A DNA stretch of 63,017 bases, filler included, from Sphacelaria rigidula (Eukaryota): the NCBI GenBank assembly GCA_964200075.2. It is 5 parts of 5 records of this genome, joined end to end, with 100 filler letters (N's around TTAATTAATTAA, not from the genome) between each part and the next. Parts side by side here need not be neighbours in the genome. Positions count along the whole stretch, not along the records: positions 37,874 to 50,396 come from CAXNAA020003668.1; 4 more parts are not named here. One strand, written 5' to 3'. The notes beneath the pieces are model-generated. The model worked only from the letters and a program-made list of their open reading frames with translations. It ran no database searches and was not told the DNA's origin. Shown here piece after piece: positions 38,046-50,496 of the stretch (its first letter is position 1; every line of letters begins with the position of its first letter). The translations under genes and the position numbers were made by a program.

Positions 38046-41000
38046 GAAGCAAGACGGGAGTGCTTCAGGATGCAGAATAAGAGATGAATGGCGCTGAAGA
38101 GCAGGAAGAAAAAGAAAAAATCAAGCGGCCCGAGGACGGAGGTGGCGGCGATGTTTGCGCTCAACCCAGGGGTACGCTAACCTCAGCGGGCACGCAATAT
38201 CGAAGGAGGGCCAAAGGCGCCGAGAGATAACGCGCTGTACAGCATGTAGCGCAGCAGGAGCGAAAAACAAGTGTCCCAAGGCTGTAGACTATTCGATACA
38301 GAAAAACTTTGGCCAGTGTGGTGTAATCATTTTCGTCTGAGCCGAAAATGTGAGCAGCACGGCGCAACCATGCGTATCTGAGCTCATGTGCATAAGCACA
38401 GAAGGTACATGTAACGCATACTTGAAGGAGTGAGAGCTACCATGGATGACCAAATTACTAGAAGGGTAGTGCAAAGACTCTGGTAAGCAACCCCAAAGGC
38501 TTCAAGAAGGAAGGAAATCAAGGCTCGGCAATACGCGTTATTTCGAAGATATGTGCAGTACGGGTTCGACGTATCGAATGTTAGTGTTGATTGTGTTTTA
38601 CGTACTCCATTTCATACATGTATGGCGTAGCCGAACGACTGTGCGATCACATTGCGCATGCGTCAGGCAAAGGTCAGGTAGTTGTACGATACCAGCGTCG
38701 TACATGCCGAGTCACAGGCGCATTGACGGTGCGACGGGGGAAACTGGGCAGCTGTTCTAGAGTGTTGAGCCAATGTGCGATAGGCAAGGGGCGTGGTACT
38801 TTTCACGGGGGGGTATGTATCATGTAACGGTGCGACGGAGTGGCGGATGCGGGGTAGGCTGTGTGGCCATAGCGCCATTTAATGCGGTGGGGGGCAGGGA
38901 GGGACAGAAGCGCAGGGAGGTCAAGTGAACGTTTTTCGCGGGTGCGCAACATGCGCTGAGCGCAGTACCCTAGCACGCGATGGTGATTATGCAGGGGAGT
39001 AAAGACAGTGGCCGCTGCGCCGTGAGCCGTGGGCATAGAACCCCCGTTCTCCTCGCCAAGAATGCGCGGATGACAGGTAAGTGATCGGTGTTCAAGCTCC
39101 CTTTGGGCGGTTGGGATCGCGAGTGCGGTACAGCTTCGGTGTAGCGCAATTTATGATACACCGAAAGATCGACGGCGCGCAAAGCTGAAATATCTATGAC
39201 GGTGCTGGTGCAGTAGAGTTGTTGAGCTGCGCGATATTCCGTGGGCGTAACACCTTGCTTCTTGGCGGAAAGACGCGCTGATGCGCAGTGAGTGGGCCGG
39301 GAGCGCATCTCTTTCTGCGAAACGGTGCACGCGCGGGCGGGTTAAGCTAGAGGTATATCACTATTTTAGGCAAAGAGAACAGTTGGTGTGCAGCAAGCCG
39401 CAAGCGCGATGATTGCTTGATTTTATAGGCAAGAAACCTGGCCGCAGGATACTACAGTTGACGCGATGCGGAGAACCTTATGGGCAATAGAACGCCCTGT
39501 CGCGTGTGCGCATGTATTTATGCGGACAAGTTGCGAGAGGCGAACGTCTCTGCTTCCCGTTGTGTACAGAACGAGGTTGGTGATGTTGGGAGCGTGTTGT
39601 TGGTATTCCACCAGGGGTTGTTCCTGGTCGCCCCGTATATCTACCCACCATGAGGCTAGGGAGTAAGCTGTTCGGGCGCTGTTGAACATACATTAGCTGG
39701 CGAGTATCCCTTGGCGGTGCCGCGCCAGCCAGTTCGGGCGGGGGCACAGTCTGACGGGTGAGAAGGGAGGAGGGAAAGATCGCCAAATTACTGGACGTAT
39801 GGTGCGGTAAGGTAGATGGAGGAAGGAATGGGATGGTTCACAGCGCAAGGGCATCGACGATAACGGGAGGCAGAGGCGAAGCACCGTTCCGATAGGGTGG
39901 AGAATGAAGCAAATGAAATAACAATGGACAGCGAGGTTGCGGACGGACCGAAAAGAAAGCGCAACGGCAAAGGGGGCGGGACGATAAAGATCAAATTGGA
40001 ACGCGGGGGTGAACCCCCCCCTGCACCACCGCCAGAGAAGATACGAAGAAAGAGGAGGCAAAAATGCGTGGAGAGATGGTGACCAGCTGAGGATACCGCC
40101 CCCCTCTCTCACCCCCGTCTACGTTGCAATGACTATTTATATTTCCAACATTTCCCCTTCTCTGCATCCTTCTCCTTATTCCTTTCCCTTCCACTCCATT
40201 CCTTCTGTGTTGTCGTGTTTTCTTCGTCTTGTCCAATGTCATCTTCCTTTTTTTTTCAGGCTTGTACTTGGATCATACTATCCTTTGACTCTTGTCGCAT
40301 CTTGTGTCTCGCCTTGCCTTGCGTCATCGTGCCTGACTTCCTCGGCAGGTCGACCGGTGCAGTTCCCCCCCCATTATGTAGCCTCTTCTGGCGCGCGTAC
40401 CGTGTAACCCACGATATTTTCTTATTTTCATTATTTCGAGTATACGTACATTTTCGCTTTTTTTTTTTCCTCCTCCGACCTGTTCGTAGAACCCCGCCCT
40501 GCAGGACGCTGTGTCTTCTTGTTCGTGGGCGTTTTACTATCTTCCTCTTGTATTCTGTCTTGTTGTGCCACAGTTTTGTGATCACGGGTGCTAGATTTCT
40601 GGAAAAGGGCTAATGTGAGAAACAAAAACAGCAACAACCATGGCCATACCACGACCACTACCACTACTTCCACATCCACACACGTCAAAGGTCGTGGCAT
40701 CTCTGTGGTCGGTGTGGGTGCAGAGTCCCACCTTTTATCTGGTATCATGATTTTGTTGGGCCTTGCCCTTCGCGGGAGGAGTGGATGTAGTAGAGATGTT
40801 CTTCGACATGTCTGTAGATGTTAAGGTGGTGGTGCACTCGCGGACGGTGCGTGCGGCCTATATTACCCAGAACAGGGCGTGTAGATTAAAGCTTCTCACT
40901 TGGTGTAGCTCGTACGGAGGGTGTGGGCACCCGACGTATACTCGGTCTACTGTAGGTAAGCCTGGCATAGCAGGCTTTGGGACAAGGTAAGGACTGAGAC

Positions 41001-42530
41001 GGTGGGCGCGGGACGATGCGCCCTGAATGAGGAGTATGACCATAGCCCAGATTTGATATTGGAGGATAACAATCCGGAGATGACGGTCCGGGTCATGAGT
41101 AAGCGGGTCGGGCCATATAGAGGTGGTAATCACAGGTGCATCATTCATTGTTTTCCTGAGGATTCGGTAGGAAATGTTTCGGAGCTACTGACAGGTCAGG
41201 ATTTTTATCTCTCGAGCCCTGATTGGCCACCATATCGTCTCTCCACTTCATTATAGAGGGGGTTTTGATTCTGCCACGCCGCGAGCGCTGACCGGCCACA
41301 TTTCGCTCGACTTTTGGGTGTGAAGTACATCTACTCTCCGTGCTGTATTCTGCATGGCGTTGCGATGCGTTCCGATCGACGCGTTGCGCGGGTCTGTCTG
41401 TTCGCTCGTCTCTGTTCTTCCGGCAACTAGACGTAGCTTGCGGCTACCTTTATCGGCTGCGACGATTCCGATTGCCGTCGCCTGTCCCTTAGTCTCGGGT
41501 GAACCGTGATCATTTCACGCTTTGACCGCCAAAGGTATCAATTTTCAAGTAAGCATCATATTCAATCTTTCTTCAAGTGAAGATGATGCAGATTCCACAA
41601 ATGGACACCTCCGGCGCTCAAAGGGTTGCTCGGTGCGCTCAGATATCTTCGAGTGTGTTTGCGTGCTGGTGCAAGTGTGGTTCTTCAACGACACACTGCA
41701 GCCAGTAAAGGATTGTACAGTGGTGCACTATGAGCTGTCGTGTCTGTGGTCGGATATATTACATCGATAGTGTCGAGATGTACTGTACCATAACAGGATA
41801 ATATCTCATGTATCTTGGAACTCCAACCGTTAAGCGTGGTGGCGAAAGCCGCTAAAGCCATCGTGTGTATATTATACTTCTTGCATATCGATCGCACGGT
41901 GTGGCTGCGCGCGGCGGCCGAATCATTTTCAAAGTGAGGTTTATTTCCTCTTTTGGTATTCGGGGCAAGGATCGGATGTGGGCCGGGGACGTAGACAGTG
42001 GACAGGGCTTTTACAGAGTCCTCACTCGGGGTTTTCACGATGGCTCAACTCTCTTGAGCTCCCTCTGCCGTGGGACCCCGTCACCTAGGGCACCAGAGAG
42101 CTGTCTGTACAGGTCTGAGGGTTTCGGGGCCTGTCGCTCATGTCGCTGTCGGGCTGGTTTTCCGCGACGCATTCATCTTCGGTGTACATGTCTACGCAGG
42201 TACTCATTATGCACATGCAACAGTGTGGCTTCCACATTATGCATGATACGCCGCACATATTTCTATGTTAGATAGGTGCTCCAATGTTCCGTTGGTGTTG
42301 GGCGAGTGCGTTGTCAAGGTGCGTTACAGATGAAAATTCAGAGATACGAATGCAGGATATATCTGTATTTGTGTAAGAGGGGGTTGAAGTGTGCCAGAGG
42401 CGGGGAGCCATCTACATAAGATATACTTTGTGTTTCATGTACTCGAATGCATACACAGAGCGCGGGGTTATGCATCGCTGAGGGAGAGAGTGTGTTGTGT
42501 GGGGATGAATGCAATGGCGCACGGAGGGTC

Positions 42531-43020
42531 AGGGGGTGTACTCATGATCATGCATGCCATAGTCATATATGACCTTTGACCTCGCATCCCTACAAAGCCG
42601 GCACGGAGCACGCCGGGTTTTCGCCCGAGTAGGCACGCACTTAATCACCTAGCGCGCAGCGCCGTGGTGTATTCGGCAAGTCACATGAAGGGTGAGCTGC
42701 ATCCTGCTAAAATTGTTCGGCCCGAAGCCTACTGACTATCTTACTTATGGGTGACAGCCCCGAATGAGTTGCTTCACTTTCTGGCATCGCACTTCCAGAG
42801 ACAGCCACGGTTTATACACTGCCTCATACGTGTCTCACCATTCAAACACTCCGTAGTATGATCATCTCTTTTGCGTGGAATTGGCGTTCTCCCACCTTTC
42901 ACAAAAGGATCTGACTCGACCACTATCCACGAGAAAAAAAAACGGTACCGTGGTTGCCCAGCTTACGCAGTGAGAGGCGTGTTAAACAGCGTCGTTGCCA
43001 AACGACGCCAGCCCTTGAGG
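42531..43020. repeat. Long type A copy
   Basis: Collinear with ~3741-4250; starts GGGGGTGTACTCATGATCATGCATGCC. Confidence 0.8.
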
Positions 43021-43928
43021 GAGTACGGAAGATCAGGGTGGGTCCACATAATAATTATAACAGTCATGACACGGCGAGACATGCGCCACAGGGGGCAGAT
43101 TTACCTCTTCCAGCGCGGATGCATAGAGGCGTCACATGAGTGAAACATTGAGCGCATGGCCGCAACCAAATAGACGTCGGACTGACAGCCATCACTAGCG
43201 GGCTTTGGGCTCAGTTCACGTGACGTGGGAGATGAAAGAGTGCTACACGCCCGGTTTGACATTTCTCACGTCCTCATCCTCTGATGAAAAAAGGCAGCAA
43301 GACGAGTCTAGCGACCACAGTCGCCTTCAGTGTCTGGGTACAAGCCCTGCCGATTCCAGTAATTTTGTACATACGGTGGAACGCCCGGAGGAGACACGTC
43401 GCGGCTGAGGTTGCTGAACTCGCCCCGAGAAACTTACTGCCTAGCAGAAGATATCGAAAAATATAGGTATGTAAGAAACTGATCTGATTTCAATCGTAAA
43501 TCAAAACGTGTCACATGTACGAAGGATTATCCATCACAGCTTGTTGCAAAAAGCTGTACTGTGACGTGAGTATGATTCATAGACTGGTTCATTCATTTAG
43601 ATCTGTATTTGACCTACGGTAACTTTTTTTCTTCTTGTCACAGGAACAAACTTGTTCATAACACCCCGCCCCCGAGAAAAATAATAATAATAAAGGAATA
43701 ACAAGGCTGATCATGCAAAAAGTCCCCCAAAAAACATTGACGAATAGGTTTCTTCATTTCTTCCCCGAAAAAACAAAAGCACAAAACCGACAACATCGCT
43801 TGGAGGGAAAAAAAAAGAGTTCTGTATGAGGTTGTTACAGAAGGGAGCGTACTCATCTATTGCTTGCCTCGATCGTTTGGCCATAGACCACGCATCCCTT
43901 TCGAGACGGAGCAGATGTTACAGGAATA

Positions 43929-44098
43929 CACACCTTGGAAAATATATGGTCAATAGATTCAATAGAAGAGAAACGTACTGCATAGAGTATAGGCCTATTG
44001 CGACTATTGTCGGCCGGCAATAGGTGCAATAGGCCTATACTCTATGCAGTACACTTCTCGTCTACTGCATCTATTGACCATATATTGTCCAGGGTGTG
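43929..44098. mobile_element. 170-bp fully palindromic MITE, CACAC-type TIR
   Basis: CACACCTTGGAAAATATATGGTCAATAGAT...ATCTATTGACCATATATTGTCCAGGGTGTG with a perfect 8-bp TSD CAGGAATA. Confidence 0.92.
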
Positions 44099-44104
44099 CA
44101 GGAA

Positions 44105-44292
44105 TAACAACGTTTTCGTGAAATTGAGAGTTAAAAGGTACGATTGAGAGTGAAAAGCGGTCAATTAGTGAGTAAGCCGTTTCAGTTCCGAAATGCACCT
44201 CCACCAGGCCCAATATTCTCCTTGTAGTAGCTTTGCCACTGAGGCCCTCGATATCCCTGAGTAGGATATCACCGTGTGTAGCTGTACGCACA
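44105..44292. repeat. Dispersed repeat; reverse-oriented second copy at ~51515-51680
   Basis: Shared GATATCCTACTSAGGGATATCRAGGGCCTCAGTGGCAA...GCATTTCGGAACTGAAACG. Confidence 0.75.
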
Positions 44293-44476
44293 TGGTAGTG
44301 ATGAGACGACGAAAAGTACACACGGGATGAAAAACTGGGCAAGTTGAAGCGAATGATCGAAACCACTTTCAATCCACACCCAACTCTCGATCTCACGAAA
44401 ACCTTGTTGAATAGGGCTGGAAGGAGGGTTGAATGAGAAACAAGAAAAAAAAAAAAAGGAAAAAGAAGAAACTCAC

Positions 44477-46829
44477 CCCTTGGAATTGAGCGGTGGATAC
44501 GTCTCATACGAAGCAATTTCCTCCCAGTTGTCCGTTTTAGCTACCCTCCGGCTGATAATGAACCCCTTGTTATTCTTCTCGTCCCCGGTTGCCCACTGCA
44601 GCTCCACGCTGTCTCCATCCCTTTTTGCTGCCAATCCTGTGCCTGACAGTTCCATCTTGGTGGCGGAAAGGCGGCGGGCGGCGCATGCAGGAGGAGAGGC
44701 GGGTGAAGAACTTTAGCGAGTGAAACATGGGGCATCCTCGTAGCAGTCAATTAATCTTCCGTGTCTCGGCGACTGGATAAAACGAGTCAATTTTGTACAA
44801 AAACTTACAGAATTCAACAGCTCCCAGGAGGGGGTTAACGATTGTCGATTTCCGGACGAAACACTCACGATGACCGGTACCATCGACGACAACATCGACA
44901 GTTGCAACTGCTGTTTACGGGGCGAGTAGAGGGACCACGAATTGATGTAATGTATACACTATTCATGCTACCCACAACGAGCTCTCGACAGAAAAAAAAG
45001 TCACGCCCAACTGGATCGTATTGTCACATTCGTTTCATGTTCTCGCTCACTCAAATAAAACCCTTGGCATAAAAAAATCGACAAGATGAATCTCCTGAGA
45101 AGACAGACTACTACTAAAACAGATTCGCCAGATAACTAAAACTTGCTGACAGATTTTTGCCATTATCCATCCGTTACGCGTTACAGCACCTGCTGGGGGT
45201 CGCGTGCAAGGGCCCCCGTGCTCTCGGGCACCATCTCTGCCTCCCTCCTCTTCCGCTCTTCTATGGCCGCCGCTGTTTTAGCCAAGTTCTACAATGCATG
45301 CGTTGGGAGCCAGGAGCGAGCACGATCGAACAAAAAACAACGGCGCAATACATGCGCGTCAGAAAGCATGCGCTTTTACGGTTTCGTGTCCGCTGGATGC
45401 GGGAGACACACACGTGCAACACATAGTCGCCGCGCCCGGGTGGCCATACTATCATGGTGCCGGGCCTCATCAACCAGCTCGTGCGGCGTGGTAGTAGTAG
45501 TGGGTTCGGGCTCCAACAGTCATGGCTTAATATAAATTTCCTGATTTCCGTTCTGGGAAGCGTGAGGACCAAAAAAGTAAAACATGAAAAAACGATGCGC
45601 TACGAAAGGTACTAGTTTCACGCCCTCTCGGAGATGACATTTCTGTGTACTATTTTCGCCGCCGCGCCTCCCTGGTGAAGCGGTACACGGTTGGGTCGAG
45701 AAAAGAGAAATGTGGGATCAATTCCCATCAGGCGCGTTCAGTCTTCCGACTATTTCCGTGAAGTCATCTGATCGTCGTTGAAAGCATGGGATAAAATGAA
45801 AAAAACACGCCTTTCTCGGCAGTTTTTCCCGTCACCTTTTCATGCTGTGCAGGTTGTTTGGTAAGCATCCGCGATCAGCCTACAAGCTGGGCCAGTCGTT
45901 GAATGAAGAAACCCTCAGTACATAACAACTTCGCAAGTTTCCTGAAATATCGGCCCGATCTAAGCATCTCGCTGTGACCCGCAATTGAGTCTGGTCATGC
46001 ATACTCTGCCGCTTAAAAAATAAAAAATGAAAGAAAAAATTGACTGCATAATGTAATACCTCAACAACGGAACCATATTCTGCGAGACGGAAAAATATAT
46101 GTGTTGGGATTCGCACTCATGACCTCCATAACTGCAGATCACAGGGATGCAGCGGTATCACACCGAAAGATCCACGCTGGGCCCAAATTTAGAGTTTTGT
46201 TTTAGCCGAAGATTTACCAGGATCTTCTGCGCGCAAGAGCACAATTCGTCACGGGGAACGCGACCGTTTTTTTCACGGAGTCATGACATTTTCCAGTTTT
46301 CGCTGGAATTACAAATAGCTCTTTCTGTTTTTGTTCCATCTTTGGTATCCCCGGAGATGTTGCGCGTGTTAATGACAAAAATATCGTGTCTAACTCCTCA
46401 AGTTATGCACCGCGTCACCCGAGTACCGGCAAAAAACACGATCAGCTTGTAGTCGGACGGTAACCTCAATGACTCAATGCTACAATACAAACTGACTCCT
46501 GTCAGGACCCAAACCCCCGAACACCAACAAATGACACCAGAGGTGAAAAACTCATGTAAAGTGATGATGACAAACACTAGCAATAGCAATAGCAATAGCA
46601 ATAGCAATAGCAATAGCAATAAAATAATAAAAATAACAACAACAACAACAAACACGCTAACGCTAACCTCGGGGTCGAACGCGTCCACCATCCACGGTGC
46701 GTATGCCACGCCCTGATCGTTGAACATCCACGCGGGAGGCTTCGTCTTTTTTTTTCCCTCGTCCGTCTCAACCTCTTCAGCTTCTTCCGCCGCCATCCTG
46801 CGTGTTGTGCGCGCTGCCGCTATTCGGCC
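44477..46829 (-). CDS. Protein with a bacterial-type Fn3/Ig-like domain; internal exons 46829-46668, 45288-45190, 44655-44477
   Basis: GT-AG, phase-compatible exons give ...RRMAAEE..PPAWMFNDQGVAYAPWMVDAFDPE|NLAKTAAAIEERKRRE..LARDPQQ|MELSGTGLAAKRDGDSVELQWATGDEKNNKGFIISRR..WEEIASYETYPPLNSKG. First and last exons not located. Confidence 0.8.
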
Positions 46830-49684
46830 CTGTCTCCGCCCATCCCCCGGTACAGTTCAGCACATGCGTGTGTGCGTGTGTGAGGAGGGAAACAGACGCA
46901 CTTTTTTACTGGGCGATACTCGATTTTATGGCACGCTAGGAGACAGTTCACGTTGGTGTTGTAGGCTGTGCCTACGCAATTCATTTTCTTCAATCGAAAA
47001 AGTGCGGTGGAAAGCACAATTTTTCGATCCAATAGGTCACGATGTCAACATGAATGACGATAATTAAAACCACGACCAATTGTTGATCGGAGAAAAAAGT
47101 GCTGTGACACGCTGTGGACAAGAGGCAACACACGAGTGAAGTCTACAAACTGTGCGGTGCAGTTACGCAACGCAGGGCAGTTGAATGACTGAACAAATAA
47201 AATCAACGATAAACAACGGCACGGTTTCTGTTTGCTTGTTTTTGCTGGGAGATTGGTCGTTGGTTACATCCGCATGGTATGGTCGCTTGTATAGAAATAA
47301 TATATACCTGTACATGTAGTTGTGTTGCGATCGACCTGAGCGGGGAAAGGGGGTGGGGTAGGGCACGCTCCGCGGGGACGCCTAGCTGTCAATAAGTGTG
47401 TGCATGTGGACTATGCAGAAGTGGTACCCCCAGATTTTGATCGATTGGTTGATTGGTTGATTGTTGCACCTTAACTCATCCCCCAGGAGTCATAATCCAG
47501 CCGTGCTCATTATCCACATGACAGATATAACCGAAATAAAACGAAATGGAAACACTTGCTGAAGAAAAGTGAAGGAAACGAAAATGTAGGACGGACAAAT
47601 AGAGCAGCCTCCTCGGAAAAAAAACAAGAGGAAAAAAAGAAAGAATGATCAAAACAAAACGAATGCCGGAAAAAAACAAAAGTAGGAATGGCTGGCCCCT
47701 GCCACATGACCTCAGTGGAAAAGGTCTTGCGCAAAATCCACCCTCATATCCAACACACGTGGCCAATCGGCTTCCATTCAAAGTAATATTTTTTCAACAC
47801 TCAAGAGTAGTTCGTAATACTCTGTTTTGGTCCCTGTTGCGTACTCGATTGTGCCCCGGTACATCAGTCGAGACCAAGACAAAAAAGATTCGCACGCTCC
47901 CGACTTGAAGACCGTATCCAAGGCTTGTCCCATGGGCCGGGCAGTCTTACACAACACAGGGAATATCCTTCTCTTTCTACTTGATAGGAGAACATGACAG
48001 CAGCTCAAAGGCAGTTTTACAAGTCGAAGGTGAGATCTCATTCGAACAAATTTTCCGTGTGACTACTGCAGTACTGTACCTGTTTTCACATCCGACGCGC
48101 CTACGTACAAGCTCCATGATCGTCCGCTTCGAACTATTACCTCTGTGCACCCGGGGAAATATTCTCGTGTTTTTTATTGGGCAGGCGGGGCGCTACGCCC
48201 CCCCTCATGTCATTCTAAAACACATCCCAGTGATGCCTCCCGGCAAGACCCGTCTAACCTCTATCACCGAGACAAAAAACACGCCCCCTGAATCCTAATC
48301 GCTGGGGGCATAAGAAAAGTAATTTTAGGTCACTGAGATTTTTCTTCATTCAAGAGTAGAAAACAATACTCAGTTGTTCATCAAAACGTCCCGAAGTCAT
48401 GAAAAAAAAAAAAAAATGATCTCAACGATTCAAAACTACTTTTCATCTACGCATTGTAGTGCTCCAAAATAGCAAGTCTCCATACAAAATATGAAAGTCC
48501 AACTCCTCAGTTTTAATTTGTACCTACTTCGGAAGTCGTGGAGAAAAATCACAACGACCCGGGGCTGTTATACCAGTTTTACGATGCCCCAGCGATCCTC
48601 CATAAAAAAGGCATTGGACCCACGATGTGAACAAGAATTATAAGTGGAAAGATTTTTCGACCAATCACGGTCTTCAAATACATCAAAATGCGGCGACCTT
48701 CTTTCAATCAGATGAGAAAAACGAGTGGAATATGAGTCGAAAGGTAGCTTTGATTGGCCTACGCATCGCGCCGCTGCGAGACAGACAGCTGCGACCGTCA
48801 ATAAACGAGGATACAGCAGATCTGCGCTGGCTCAGTTTCTTTGCCCCAACGTACACGCACCCGCCTTGGTCTTCTCCGATTACAGCACCCGACTATACCT
48901 GAAGTACCAGGAAAGATGCAACATACCTTTCTTTGTTTGGACAGCACCTTGATCCCACCCCAATTCTATTCAGACTAAAACACAGCATGTGGCAGCACAA
49001 CTGCTCAGGCACTCTTCAGGGCACATCGCACCGTGATCGTCGTAGAGAAATTAGATGCACAACAGCACAGCAGCAACTACAGCGTAGAAATGATGGGTTT
49101 GGGAAGCGCCTTGTTCGTTTGACTCGAGACGAAACAACCAACATATAATTGAGTTTTCAACAGTGTGTAGAAAGCACTGCGTGCCAACAGCAATATTTTT
49201 CATACAATAGAGACGAACCGAATGACAATATAAAGCAACTCAGCTATTCCCATGAAGCGGGGATCAAACCGTCTCTACAAAGGCCCGAAGACGCCACAGC
49301 GCAGCGACAGCTACAGCACACGAAACAGAGCATGAGTATATTCATGCTGCAGCACAATGATACAGGAGATGTCACACTCGATAATTTCCCCCCTGATTCC
49401 GGGTGGGTTCTCGATTGTAGCCGAGTGGCGATTTTCAAACGGTCGGCCATATTCTCGCTTCGCGCAAAAATATTTTATTTCATCATGAGTTACCTTCATC
49501 TGTGGGAAGTGAGCCAACTTAAAGTCAAACTCTCAGAATCAAGGTGAGGATGGGTGATTTTATAGCCTGGGCCGGTCGAAATTCAGGACGAGTATTCGCA
49601 GGCCCATCACCAGCCCAGTTTCGGTACTTCTGCTTGGACATTTTTTATGGAGAATCGCTGGGACGTGATGAGAAAAAAAAACTT

Positions 49685-50178
49685 AGGCCGCTCATTAAAA
49701 CAGACTAAAATTTTGGAAAAGTCCTTTTTTTTATGCTTCTGCGTCGTTTCACGCCCCAAAAGAGAGCTAGGCGGAGTTTGACACCTTGGAATGATCTGCT
49801 CTACTAGTTGAGGCGGTTCCAGCACATCTTCCCGTTTTCCGGTGGTCGCAGTTTTCACTTTGGCCGAACAAGAACTTTTGTTCAAGGGCGGTAAAAAACG
49901 GTCAAGTCCGAAGAAAAGTGGCGTTTTTTTTTTCTAGATTTGACTGTTTACTACGTTTTTGAACAAAAACTCTTGTTTGGCCAAAATGAAAACTCGACTA
50001 CCGGAAAACGGAGAGATGTCCTGGAACCGCCGCAACTATCTATTATAGTAGCGCAAGTCATTCTAACGTGTCAAACTCCGTTTAGCTGCTTTTGGGGGCG
50101 TAAAACGATGTAAAAGCAAAAGCTTTAAAAAAGACACTTTGCCAGATTTTTTTCATCGCCTATTATAAGGAGCGGCCT
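49685..50178. repeat. ~490-bp imperfect palindrome; a third arm restarts at ~50321
   Basis: AGGCCGCTC..CGCCCCAAAAG..GGAGTTTGACAC..GCGGTTCCAG..CCGTTTTCCGGT..TTTGTTCAA is mirrored about ~49920. Confidence 0.85.
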
Positions 50179-50396
50179 CACGAGTAGGACGTATGGTCAT
50201 ATTTTTCTCAGGAGTTAAAGACGTTCGAGTTTAGTAAGGACACTTTTTTCACGAGAAAAAAATCCAGGTCTACTACCATATAGTGCATTTAATGTTTTTG
50301 CTGAGATATTTTTTTCACCTGAGGCCGCTTCTTATAATAGACAAAAATAAAAACCCGGAAAAGTGTCTTTTTGGAACTTTCACGTCGTTTTACGCC

Positions 50397-50496
50397 NNNN
50401 NNNNNNNNNNNNNNNNNNNNNNNNNNNNNNNNNNNNNNNNTTAATTAATTAANNNNNNNNNNNNNNNNNNNNNNNNNNNNNNNNNNNNNNNNNNNN
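50397..50496. other. Artificial 100-nt contig linker
   Basis: N-run with central TTAATTAATTAA. Confidence 0.97.

Noticed and set aside
48568..48830. Signal-peptide-like first exon (LLTVAAVCLAAARC) for the Fn3-like gene
   Set aside because: No in-frame ATG before an upstream stop, and no clear compatible donor.
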